Below, in pieces: positions 32,605-41,002 of a DNA stretch of 41,008 bases. Source of the DNA: a virus; the IMG/VR virus record IMGVR_UViG_3300027494_000001, positions 1 to 41,008 of that record. One strand, written 5' to 3'. The translations under genes were made by a program, and so were the position numbers. The notes under the pieces were generated by a model. It was not told the origin of the DNA. It ran no database searches and was given only the letters and a program-made list of their open reading frames with translations. The stretch's first letter is position 1. Each line of letters starts with the position of its first letter.

Positions 32605-34782
32605 TCACAGACCTGTCGACGTGTACACCGAAACCCGCTTGCCGTTCGCCTCGACCTGTTCATACGTACAATCTCCGGCAGTCTGCAAATCCTGCAAGAT
32701 GTCCAGCCGCTGTTTCGGCGTCAGCTTGCGGGTGCGTCTGGTAATCTCTGTCAGCGTCCACGGCTCGCCTGGACGCTCTTGGAGCAGTCGCCTGACCTGC
32801 AGGACCAATTTCCCGTACTCGCTGCCTGCAACGTGTCTGTCGGCCCCTCGCAGCATTCTGCGCGTCAGCCAGTTGTTCAAGCGAATCGCCAGATCCGCAT
32901 CCGCCAAACGAATGACCGGCCATTCCTGCCCGGTGCACCGACTGCAGGCAAACAGCAACGCCAGCTTGTTCGTTTTTTCCGCGGCTCGGCTCCATATCGC
33001 CGACCTCACCGGGTCCTCTGTCATCCGTCGCTCACTGATCTCGACGGTGTGCTGATGCAGTCTCTGCTGTGCCTGTTCGTCCCTGTCCACTCGCCGCGGA
33101 CTGGCCCCCGGAGGATTGATGTCTGACAGATTGCCATCGCCTCCGGTGTCGAGATCCAGCCACCACCGCGCACGCGCGACGATGTCCGTCGGCACGTCCA
33201 CCCATTCCGGCTCCTGATAATGGACGTACCCCGGACTTTCAAAAACCAAACACCTGCCGATCAAACCGCCTTTCAGGTTGTGTTCCGTCAGCTCGCTCCA
33301 GAAATCTTCCGGGCAGGCTGTACCGTAAATAATCGCGTGCGGGTACTCCAATTTCTTGACCTTTTTCACGTCGCCGTAGGCGTCCGAAATCCACTCCGAA
33401 TCGGCACTGGAAAACAACTGCATCAGCACGGCAGAAATCTGTACCAGATGCGGACTGCCCTTGTCCTGCATCGCCATCACGAGGTGGGCGATTTCGTCCA
33501 ACTGCCACAGCGTCCGCCAGTGCTCCGCCATGCGTGCGATGATCCCGGCATGACTGCCCACACGCTCCGGCCCAACTGTATCGGCGTGTCCGGCTTGCCG
33601 CAGAATCAGACGGTTGATTTTCCTGCCGTGGTCTTTGCCAGACCCGGACAACGCCAGCCCTATCACATACAGGTTGGTGCGTGTCCTGACTCTGTCGATC
33701 ACCTTGCCCGCCGTCAGTGTGCTCATCAACGCCAGTGCTGCCGCCAGTGCCAGTTCTGGCAACGGATAGTGTGCCGTTGCCAGATTGTGCCGGACAACGT
33801 CACCAATCAATCCGGGGACCTCCAGCAACTCCGGTGGCAGTGCTGATTCAGGATCAATTTTCCGCGGCTCTTTTGAAGGCCTCGGTGCGACAAACGCGGA
33901 CAGATCCAACCCAGACAAATCAACACGCTCCACCGGCAGTTTATCGGCTCGTGGCTTGCCGTTCGTACGTGCGCTCGCAATCGCTCGGTGCAGTTCGTCG
34001 TCAGGCAATGGCGATGCGTTCCGACTGTTCCAGACCGCCATCAATTCGTTGACCTGATCCGGTGCCAACCGTTGCCCGCCGCCATCCGTGAAGGCCCAAA
34101 GATTGCCCGCCACCCGGAAGGCTTTGTTGTTCCGCTCGCCCTCACTCGCTGGTTCCACGGACTGCATCCACGCTGACGCTCGCTGCATCAATGCGTCCGG
34201 CTGTACCATTGCCGGCTGCTGCGCCTTTTTGCCGGTTGCTGCAGGTTTTTGCGGCTTCGGTTCCGGTGCCTTCTGGCTCAGGTACTCGGAACACAACCAA
34301 TCTATGACGGCCTGCCCGTCTTTGATTTCATCGCACCCTGCGTACACCTCGCCTGTAATCGTCCAGAATCGGGAGTGGTCATAGCATTCAATCTGCTGCT
34401 TGCCCTCGCCGATTTTGTGTGTGCACCTGCTGCCGTCTGGCTTCCGTGCTCGGGTGATGAATTTGATGCCGAGACCACTCGGGCTGACTTCGCTGTAGCT
34501 GACCTCAGACAGTTTTGCGACCAGCTCCCACGCCCACGGCTTCAGGCTGCCGTTGTCCTCAAGACAGCCGTCCAGATCGACGCCGCAATACGGCTCTTCC
34601 AAAAATGTCGCGATGCGGTCGAAGTGCTCGACCGTTTCAAACTCTGCCCATGTGCTCGGGTCATTGCTTTTAGCTGCGGTGCCGGTTGCCTGTGTGGGCA
34701 TTTTGGTACCCTTGACCAGCTTCCAGCAACACCACCTTTTCAGGGCGGTCAACTCCGTCGGTACTCGCCTGTAATGATCCAT
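32605..34782 (-). CDS. AEP-type primase (prim-pol) fused to a DUF3987-like NTPase/helicase
   Basis: 725 aa from ATG 34782. It has the GVDLDGC (DxD) and EVSPSGLGIKF motifs and ECYDHSRFWTITGE in the N-terminal part. The C-terminal part has NLYVIGLALSGSGKDHG (Walker A) in a DUF3987-like context. Confidence 0.75.
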   Translation of the reverse strand: MDHYRRVPTELTALKRWCCWKLVKGTKMPTQATGTAAKSNDPSTWAEFETVEHFDRIATFLEEPYCGVDLDGCLEDNGSLKPWAWELVAKLSEVSYSEVSPSGLGIKFITRARKPDGSRCTHKIGEGKQQIECYDHSRFWTITGEVYAGCDEIKDGQAVIDWLCSEYLSQKAPEPKPQKPAATGKKAQQPAMVQPDALMQRASAWMQSVEPASEGERNNKAFRVAGNLWAFTDGGGQRLAPDQVNELMAVWNSRNASPLPDDELHRAIASARTNGKPRADKLPVERVDLSGLDLSAFVAPRPSKEPRKIDPESALPPELLEVPGLIGDVVRHNLATAHYPLPELALAAALALMSTLTAGKVIDRVRTRTNLYVIGLALSGSGKDHGRKINRLILRQAGHADTVGPERVGSHAGIIARMAEHWRTLWQLDEIAHLVMAMQDKGSPHLVQISAVLMQLFSSADSEWISDAYGDVKKVKKLEYPHAIIYGTACPEDFWSELTEHNLKGGLIGRCLVFESPGYVHYQEPEWVDVPTDIVARARWWLDLDTGGDGNLSDINPPGASPRRVDRDEQAQQRLHQHTVEISERRMTEDPVRSAIWSRAAEKTNKLALLFACSRCTGQEWPVIRLADADLAIRLNNWLTRRMLRGADRHVAGSEYGKLVLQVRRLLQERPGEPWTLTEITRRTRKLTPKQRLDILQDLQTAGDCTYEQVEANGKRVSVYTSTGL

Positions 34783-34794
34783 CTCCAACGCTCC

Positions 34795-34842
34795 AAAGAA
34801 AAACCCACTACAGACGAGATGCGACCTCGCCTGTAGTGGGTT
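34795..34842 (-). terminator. strong rho-independent terminator
   Basis: Minus-strand RNA forms a 17-bp stem (34802-34818 with 34826-34842, one G-U pair) and a 7-nt loop, followed by UUUUUCUUUGG. It lies 93 nt after the stop of the upstream gene and about 12 nt before the primase ATG. Confidence 0.8.
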
Positions 34843-34934
34843 AAGTCCGGCAACGCTGCCGGGTGAATCAATTGGGTGGCAGTGTCGCATACCGCCACGC
34901 GCATCTTACCACGCGCATCCGCGCGGGTCGATCA

Positions 34935-36101
34935 CTATTCCTCAATCAATCGCGATGCAATCTGAGGCAGAAATTCCAGCACGGAAACAGCCAATATGCT
35001 GCTGTCGTCGGGATGATCTGCCACCACCTCCAGCACTGGACGCAGCCACGTCTGCAGCCGATCCAGCGCTCCCGACAACTGGTTGCGATAACGCTCGCGT
35101 TCCAGCGTCAACGCCCGCACCCGCTCCCGCAACTGCTGCAGTTCGGCGTTGGGCTGCTCGATGCGTCGCCGGTAAGCCCCGCAGCGCATTCGCGGCGTGT
35201 CACCAAATGCCTTCGCCGGCACCCATCCGCCCAGTGTGTAGTCCATGCGCGACCATCGCACGTCGCCCTGCGCGATCACTTCATCCGGCCCGAGATCACG
35301 CCAGCCCGGCCCGCTCGGGTCGTCTGGTGCTGACTGCTGCCCGATGCGTCGGCGCACCACGTCGTCGTCGGTCACTGTCTCACCAGGCTCCGCCGCCACC
35401 CATCGTCCGAGGGGAAATTCGTCGTCCGCGCGAACCATGTCGCCGTCCTGCGTAACGCCGCCGGTCGTCACATCACGCCATCCCGGCCCGCTCGGGTCGT
35501 CTGTTGTTGGCTGTGTCTGTGGCTCGATCGCTCCAGCCAACTGGTTGCGGTACCGGTCGCGTTCGCGTGTCAGCGTCTGGACCTGCTCTTTCAGTTGCTC
35601 GATCTTGCTCGCTTCGCCTGCGACTTGTCGCCGCGACATTTCCGCGAGATGCTGTGAGGTTGCCAATTGCTCCCGCAACTGCTGCAGTTCGGCGTTGACC
35701 TGCTGGCCTGATCGATCGGCCTCGGCCAGCAGCACCTCACACTCTGCCAGCCGTCGCCGCAGATCGTGCACAGTCTTCGGCTTGCTGTTGCTCGGCTTGC
35801 TGTTGCTCGGCTTGCTGTTGCTCGGCTTGCTGTTGCTCGGCTTGCTGTTGCTCGGCTTGCTGTTGCTCGGCTTGCTGTTGCTCGGCTTGCTGTTGCTCGG
35901 CTTGCTGTTGCTCGGCTGCTGTTGCTCGATGCGTCGGCGGTATCCAGTACCGTATCGGTACGATTTCGTGCCAGCGTTCTGTGTCGCCTCCCAGCGATCG
36001 ATTCTCCAGAACATATCGCCGACCTGCAAGACCTCATCCGGCCCAACTTCCCGCCAGCCCGGCCCGCTCGGGTCGTCTACCTGTGTCTGTTCCTTGCTCA
36101 T
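34935..36101 (-). CDS. repeat/coiled-coil protein with three DDPSGPGWR modules and an (SNSKP)9 linker
   Basis: 388 aa from ATG 36101 (MSKEQTQVDDPSGPGW...). It is a paralog of the gene at 36470-37000 and shares its C-terminus: WLRPVLEVVADHPDDSSILAVSVLEFLPQIASRLIEE. Confidence 0.7.
   Translation of the reverse strand: MSKEQTQVDDPSGPGWREVGPDEVLQVGDMFWRIDRWEATQNAGTKSYRYGTGYRRRIEQQQPSNSKPSNSKPSNSKPSNSKPSNSKPSNSKPSNSKPSNSKPSNSKPKTVHDLRRRLAECEVLLAEADRSGQQVNAELQQLREQLATSQHLAEMSRRQVAGEASKIEQLKEQVQTLTRERDRYRNQLAGAIEPQTQPTTDDPSGPGWRDVTTGGVTQDGDMVRADDEFPLGRWVAAEPGETVTDDDVVRRRIGQQSAPDDPSGPGWRDLGPDEVIAQGDVRWSRMDYTLGGWVPAKAFGDTPRMRCGAYRRRIEQPNAELQQLRERVRALTLERERYRNQLSGALDRLQTWLRPVLEVVADHPDDSSILAVSVLEFLPQIASRLIEE
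35781..35915. repeat. perfect 9 x 15-bp tandem repeat (gcttgctgttgctcg)
   Basis: Counted directly: nine identical units, followed by a degenerate 14-nt copy at 35916-35929. In-frame on the minus strand it encodes (SNSKP)9. Confidence 0.95.
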
Positions 36102-36103
36102 CG

Positions 36104-36466
36104 TCACACCCTCCAAACAAACACCGCGTAAAACCGGACGGCAAACCACATGGCCCACCGCCTCCACCTGCCCACACCAGCCCTTCGCAGCATCATCAGA
36201 AACACCGCATCGGCAACCATACGATCCTCGGGCGTCTCGCTGCCCTCACACAGTCGATCATGCCAATAGGACGCCTCACGCACGTCTGCCGCCAACGGGT
36301 GGCCCATGACAGACCATGCCCAGCGGGGAATACTGGCACCGTCCCAACTGCTGCCGACGTCCTCGGGCCGTGATATGTGCACGCCACCCGGCAGCATATC
36401 ATGCGCGATGTACTCGACAAGAAATGCCAACCGCTCACCCTCGAGGCACACTGGGGAATCTGCCAC
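36104..36466 (-). CDS. DUF1353-family protein
   Basis: 120 aa. GTG start with an AAGGAG Shine-Dalgarno site. WDGASIPRWAWSVMGHPLAADVREASYWHDRLC matches the DUF1353 signature (DGASIPR ... HD). Confidence 0.65.
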   Translation of the reverse strand: MADSPVCLEGERLAFLVEYIAHDMLPGGVHISRPEDVGSSWDGASIPRWAWSVMGHPLAADVREASYWHDRLCEGSETPEDRMVADAVFLMMLRRAGVGRWRRWAMWFAVRFYAVFVWRV

Positions 36467-36469
36467 GCC

Positions 36470-37000
36470 TCACTCCTTGATCAATCGCGATGCAATCCCC
36501 GGCAGATACCCCAGCACAGCCACGGCCAGCGGGCTGGCGTCCTCGGGATGTTCTGCCACCAGTTCCAGCACCGGCCTCAGCCACGCCTGCAGTCGATCCA
36601 CAAGTTGCGCCTGCGCCTCCGGTGCATTGCTGTGCTCGATCGCTCCCTCAAGCTGGTTGCGGTATCGATCGCGATCCATCGTCAATGCTTGGACCTGCTC
36701 CCGCAACTGCTGCAGCTCGGCATTGACCTGCTGGCCGGATCGCTCGGCCTCAGCCACCAGTGCCTCAGCCTCCGCCAATTGTTGCCGCAAATCCGGCTCG
36801 CTGTCGCTCGACTGCTGTGGCTCGATGCGACGGCGGTAGGTGCGCTCATCCACCGCGGGCTGCCCTGCGTGCTGTGTCGCCTGCCAATGATCCACGTTCC
36901 AAAACAGATCGCCATGCCGCAACACTTCATCCGGCCAAACATCCCGCCAGCCCGGCCCGCCCGGGTCGTCTGCCTGTTGTGTTTGCTGCTCACTGTTCAC
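36470..37000 (-). CDS. DDPGGPGWR-module coiled-coil protein (short paralog)
   Basis: 176 aa from GTG 37000, which overlaps the upstream stop and has GGAGGAAGG upstream. It has one module, a coiled coil and the same conserved C-terminus as 34935-36101. Confidence 0.65.
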   Translation of the reverse strand: MNSEQQTQQADDPGGPGWRDVWPDEVLRHGDLFWNVDHWQATQHAGQPAVDERTYRRRIEPQQSSDSEPDLRQQLAEAEALVAEAERSGQQVNAELQQLREQVQALTMDRDRYRNQLEGAIEHSNAPEAQAQLVDRLQAWLRPVLELVAEHPEDASPLAVAVLGYLPGIASRLIKE

Positions 37001-37296
37001 TTGCCTTCCTCCATCTGAATCTGTGGTTCTGCCGCTGCAAACTCCGCGGCAACCTGCCACGTGTTTCGCGCGTCGTATCCGCTGTTAATCAATGCCAAAG
37101 CAAACCGCCGTGTCAGTTCTCGCCGTTCCTCCTGCTCCGGCGTGATGCTCGCGTCGGACCACTCGCCGCAGAAATTTTGGTCGTCCGTGTATGGGCGTTG
37201 TCCATTAAGATCAATGGGGGGATGCCTTTTGCATGTGCCATGACCTTTTTCCAAATGATTCCACCACCTGCAATGCATGCACCATCGCTCTGTCAT
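36997..37296 (-). CDS. small Cys-rich protein
   Basis: 99 aa from ATG 37296, with GGAGGG seven nt upstream. MTERWCMHCRWWNHLEKGHGTCKRHPP...NFCGEW is a four-Cys pattern. Confidence 0.5.
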   Translation of the reverse strand: MTERWCMHCRWWNHLEKGHGTCKRHPPIDLNGQRPYTDDQNFCGEWSDASITPEQEERRELTRRFALALINSGYDARNTWQVAAEFAAAEPQIQMEEGK

Positions 37297-37317
37297 CGTC
37301 TCACCCTCCAAAAAACA

Positions 37318-39069
37318 TCAAAACGGACAATCTTCACCAAACTCATTCACCGCCGTTGTCAGTTCCCGAATCATCGTCGGCTTTTCTTCGCTGAACTCAG
37401 CCTGCACGATCCTGTCCCACTGGCCCTCCCTTTTCACCAACAGCCTTGACGGCTTCCGTGCTGATCCGTGATTGAGGGCGGTAATTGCCTCCGCCACGCT
37501 CGCCGGGAATGGGAAAACAGATCTCGCATCCCACCACGCAAACGCCTTCTGCAATGCAAATCCTTCATGCTCGAAGCAGACCCATTCACGCACCACAATC
37601 CAGCCGAGATTGCCCGCGGGCATGGTGTCGTCGCTGACGTAGTACGACACGCATAGCGTCGGCGGTTTGCCCGGTGTGTTCTTCTTTGCGTGCAGATGCC
37701 AATTGACTTCTTGCACGTCGTACCATTGCGGCTCCAATTCTCCAACGATGCTGCTCGTGGTGTCGATCTCGTCGCCGTGTCTCGGTGTCCCGTCCATCTG
37801 CCGGACAAACAGATGCCCGCATTCACTGCACTTGACGGCGGAAAGATACACCTCCTGTTTGCACTTCGGGCAGACTTTTGACGGTGCCTCAGAACCGTCG
37901 GAATTGCGTGGCTTGCTGATGCCGTAATCGTCCGCATCGAGTGCCCCGTGCCGTTGCAGGTTGCCGCCAAAGTCCAGAATCAGACAGTCTGTTTTTCCGT
38001 CTGCAATCCGAAGGCCACGGCCCACAATTTGAGCGAACAAACCGGGTGACATTGTGGCCCTCAGGACGGCCACCGCATCAATCCCGGGCGCGTCAAATCC
38101 TGTTGTCAGCACGTCCACGTTGACACACCACCGCAGACTGCCGTTGCGGAAGTCGCTCAACACACGCTGACGTTCGATCGCGTGAGTCTCGCCTGTCACC
38201 AATCCAACCTCCTGCCCCGTCAGATCCCGCAGGGCAAGTGCCACTTGCTCGGCATGACTCACACCGGCACAAAATACCAGAATGCTTTTGCGGTGCTCGC
38301 AGGCGATTGTCAACTCACAAACCGCTGCGTGAATGATTGCGTCCGTCGTAAATGCGGCTTCCATTTCCGCTGCCACGAACTCACCGCCACGGATCTTGAC
38401 GCCCTGCAAATTCGCCTGGCTGTCTGCCGGATTGTTGGTCAGTTTGGACAGGAAACCGGCCTCAATCAACGCTCCAGTTTTGGCCTCATAGCAAACGCCG
38501 CTGAACAACTTGCCGTCATCTGCCAACGATCCCTCACCCGTGCGGTATGGTGTGGCGGTCAGTCCCACGCAAAACAACCTGCGGTTGTGTCGCTGAAGTC
38601 CGTCGAGGAACTGCCGATACATGCTCCCGCCGTCGTCGCTAATTAGGTGCGCTTCGTCGATCACCACCAGACCACGCTGCCCGAATTCCGCTGCGTCCCG
38701 ATACACGCTCTGAATGCCGGCACATATCACTGTGCTGTCGATGTCCCGCTCATTCAGTCCTGCAGAATTGATCCCGACCTTTAGCCCGGTCAGTCGCTGA
38801 ATCTTGTCCGCGTTCTGCTGCAACAGTTCTTTGCGATGTGCCACCACCAGTACCCGTTGCCCCCACTCAACTGCCTGCCGGATCAGCAACGCAATCACGA
38901 TCGACTTGCCTGCTCCCGTCGGCAACACGATCAGCGGATTCCCTCGTCCGTCGCTGATGTACTGCCATGCTGCCGCATTCGCTTCCGATTGATACCATCT
39001 CGCTTCCACCGTCACTTCCCCTCCCCGCAAAACACCCGGCAGCGTTGACCGCTGCCGGGTCTCGAACAC
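37318..39069 (-). CDS. DEAD/DEAH-box SF2 DNA helicase with an internal Zn-ribbon
   Basis: 583 aa, GTG start. It has LPTGAGKS (Walker A), VIDEAHLI (DEAH), GLTATP and a helicase-C region, plus CPKCKQEV...CSECGH. Confidence 0.8.
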   Translation of the reverse strand: MFETRQRSTLPGVLRGGEVTVEARWYQSEANAAAWQYISDGRGNPLIVLPTGAGKSIVIALLIRQAVEWGQRVLVVAHRKELLQQNADKIQRLTGLKVGINSAGLNERDIDSTVICAGIQSVYRDAAEFGQRGLVVIDEAHLISDDGGSMYRQFLDGLQRHNRRLFCVGLTATPYRTGEGSLADDGKLFSGVCYEAKTGALIEAGFLSKLTNNPADSQANLQGVKIRGGEFVAAEMEAAFTTDAIIHAAVCELTIACEHRKSILVFCAGVSHAEQVALALRDLTGQEVGLVTGETHAIERQRVLSDFRNGSLRWCVNVDVLTTGFDAPGIDAVAVLRATMSPGLFAQIVGRGLRIADGKTDCLILDFGGNLQRHGALDADDYGISKPRNSDGSEAPSKVCPKCKQEVYLSAVKCSECGHLFVRQMDGTPRHGDEIDTTSSIVGELEPQWYDVQEVNWHLHAKKNTPGKPPTLCVSYYVSDDTMPAGNLGWIVVREWVCFEHEGFALQKAFAWWDARSVFPFPASVAEAITALNHGSARKPSRLLVKREGQWDRIVQAEFSEEKPTMIRELTTAVNEFGEDCPF

Positions 39070-39084
39070 CTCAACACACAGCCA

Positions 39085-39549
39085 TCAGCCCCACGGATTT
39101 GCGGGATTGCTTGCGGTTGGTGCCGCGTAGGATGTCTGCGTCATCGGCTGATCGCTCAACCTCTTCGGGCTGTATCCTTTGACCTTGTTCGTCGGCTCGC
39201 CGTTGTACTCGCCGTGGGCGACTGTCACGGTCAACAGCCGATTGTGCAACTGCTGACTATCGGAGATGCTAGCCAACCCGACGGCGTCCATGATCGCCTT
39301 CAATCGCTGTTTAGCAATCTGCCCAGCCGTCCCTGCATGACGGATGCAAAGATTGTCCCACAACTTCGCGCCGCTGAACTGTGGATGTCCCTGCACCTGC
39401 AGGACCAATTCCAGCATCGCGGCCCCGCCGGACTTCGGGATCTTCATTCCGCTCTCGACAATCACCGCTTGATAATCACCCTCAGGCAACAGCCGCCGTA
39501 CAGGCTGCGCCTGCACGTTGTTCATGTCCAGATCACTGAGATTCGCCAT
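39085..39549 (-). CDS. DUF669-family protein (phage SSB-like)
   Basis: 154 aa from ATG 39549 (MANLSDLDMNNVQ...). A GTG at 39558 is the alternative start. LPEGDYQAVIVESGMK... is typical of DUF669, and it is adjacent to the Sak4-like gene. Confidence 0.55.
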   Translation of the reverse strand: MANLSDLDMNNVQAQPVRRLLPEGDYQAVIVESGMKIPKSGGAAMLELVLQVQGHPQFSGAKLWDNLCIRHAGTAGQIAKQRLKAIMDAVGLASISDSQQLHNRLLTVTVAHGEYNGEPTNKVKGYSPKRLSDQPMTQTSYAAPTASNPANPWG

Positions 39550-39554
39550 TGTTA

Positions 39555-40307
39555 TCACCCTTTCACTTCTGAAGAAACACCACTGATACAGTTCACATAA
39601 TCAACCCACCTAAACCCAATCTCACCGCCTTCGATGTTCAGCCGATTTTTCGCCAACGCTGTTGGCGTTTCGGTACAGCGGATGTATCGCTCGCCGGCAC
39701 CACTGGCAATCGTCCGCTCCTTGTTGAATCCCTGATCCTCCTTGCGGGTGTAGATTCGATAGCTTGCGAAAAACACCTCGTCACACCACTCCTGCAGCAG
39801 TGCTGATGCCGTCTCGTGTAGTGCAGGCTGAAACCTGTCGTATGAATCCGCGCCCGGATCTTGATGTCGCCGAATCGCACAATGTGCCAGCAGGATGATT
39901 CCCATCCCTTGCGTGCGCCGCAGCACGTCCAAATCATCAATGACTTGATCCCACAACGCCATTGCTGACTTGTACCCCGCCCCATAGGGAATATCGCTGA
40001 TGTGTTTTTTCGATGCTCGATCTGCCACATCCTGATGAATCAACGCCTCCAGCCAATCGACGGTGTCGATCGCCAATGACTTGAACCCGTGGTCAGGATT
40101 CGCGAACAGCCAACTCAGCGCACCCTTCACGTCTGCGTATGTCCGCAGATGCTGAGTCTTTGCCGTGTCGATGTCGTTCAACCCGTCCTCAAGATTCAGG
40201 AACAACACGTCCGGTGCCTGTGCCGCCCATGACGATTTGCCGATGCCGTGTGTGCCGTACAGCATCACACGTCTCGGCACCACCGTTTTACCCCTCGTAA
40301 TCTTCAT
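39555..40307 (-). CDS. Sak4-like AAA_24 ATPase (RecA-fold recombination protein)
   Basis: 250 aa. VMLYGTHGIGKSSWAA (Walker A) ... LAIDTVDWLE ... IILLAHC gives the AAA_24 block order. Confidence 0.75.
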   Translation of the reverse strand: MKITRGKTVVPRRVMLYGTHGIGKSSWAAQAPDVLFLNLEDGLNDIDTAKTQHLRTYADVKGALSWLFANPDHGFKSLAIDTVDWLEALIHQDVADRASKKHISDIPYGAGYKSAMALWDQVIDDLDVLRRTQGMGIILLAHCAIRRHQDPGADSYDRFQPALHETASALLQEWCDEVFFASYRIYTRKEDQGFNKERTIASGAGERYIRCTETPTALAKNRLNIEGGEIGFRWVDYVNCISGVSSEVKG

Positions 40308-40543
40308 TCGTCGTTACTCCTCCCATCACCCATCAAACCTGATTCGCCGACCGTCGGCCAATCTAATGGATCACTACTCAATCGCTCGCGATAGTCCGGA
40401 TGAATCCGCCGCGGGATCGTCCACGGCATTTCACCAGGATCCCAACGGCCATGTGGTCCGTCGCGTCCGTATTCCCGCAGTTCGCGTTCCCTCGCTCCGT
40501 CCTGAACAGCCCCAAAAAACGGGGCAAAAATGTTCTCGCTCAT
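40304..40543 (-). CDS. hypothetical protein
   Basis: 79 aa, ATGA-coupled at both ends. Confidence 0.45.
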   Translation of the reverse strand: MSENIFAPFFGAVQDGARERELREYGRDGPHGRWDPGEMPWTIPRRIHPDYRERLSSDPLDWPTVGESGLMGDGRSNDE

Positions 40544-40734
40544 GCGTCCCTCGTAACCGTGAATCGCGTCGTGTTTGTCTGCGGTGTGATGATCTCAATC
40601 ACCGTCCACCGATATCCTGTGAGTGCCAGCATATTGCGGACTGTGACCTCCACTCTGTAGCGGGCAGGCAGCCGATGGGATTCGCCGACAGCCAACGTTT
40701 TCAGCGTTGCCGCCATTCTCTCATCGCCGACCAT
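40540..40734 (-). CDS. hypothetical protein
   Basis: 64 aa from ATG 40734, with GGGAGGG five nt upstream. It overlaps the CsrA-like stop by 14 nt. Confidence 0.45.
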   Translation of the reverse strand: MVGDERMAATLKTLAVGESHRLPARYRVEVTVRNMLALTGYRWTVIEIITPQTNTTRFTVTRDA

Positions 40735-41002
40735 ATGCGCCCTCCCGCAACTCTGACCGCAGAATGTGTGCGTCACGTGGTGCCACGATTGCCAGTCGTG
40801 CCTTGTCGTTGCGGATCTCCACCAGCGTAATCTGCACCTGCACTCCGTTGCAGTCGATCACGACCGATTCGCCTGCCGCGCGTCCAATCACTAGGCGTGA
40901 ATACCCCTCCGGCTTTTCTGGCAACAGGTTTTCGGGTGTTGCCTCCATGATGTCGGGTGCATCGTGCGGAAGTGCTGCGACCTGTGGTAGTTTGCGTTTC
41001 AT
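40721..41002 (-). CDS. CsrA/RsmA-like RNA-binding protein with a ~35-aa N-terminal extension
   Basis: 93 aa. RLVIGRAAGESVVIDCNGVQVQITLVEIRNDKARLAIVAPRDAHILRSEL aligns by eye with E. coli CsrA ([46 protein letters not shown]), including the GE-x-x-x-I, AP and R-x-E-[IL] positions. Confidence 0.65.
   Translation of the reverse strand: MKRKLPQVAALPHDAPDIMEATPENLLPEKPEGYSRLVIGRAAGESVVIDCNGVQVQITLVEIRNDKARLAIVAPRDAHILRSELREGAYGRR

Noticed and set aside
32427-32744. Plus-strand 105-aa ORF across the repeat region, with recurring EFP/EFS/REF peptides.
   Set aside because: The peptide periodicity is just the translation of the GAATTCCC DNA repeats. The ORF runs antisense into the primase gene and has no start context.
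35781-35915. The 15-bp tandem array, considered as a CRISPR-like or non-coding satellite.
   Set aside because: The units are contiguous with no spacers. They lie in frame inside a long ORF and encode (SNSKP)9. No cas genes are present.
148-41002. Lysogeny module (integrase, CI/Cro switch, attP) or a toxin-antitoxin or known defence system.
   Set aside because: No tyrosine or serine recombinase motifs, no divergent repressor pair and no plus-strand genes were found. The only DNA-binding candidates are small HTH and RHH proteins inside unidirectional operons. Temperate growth is not supported, but it cannot be excluded without profile searches.
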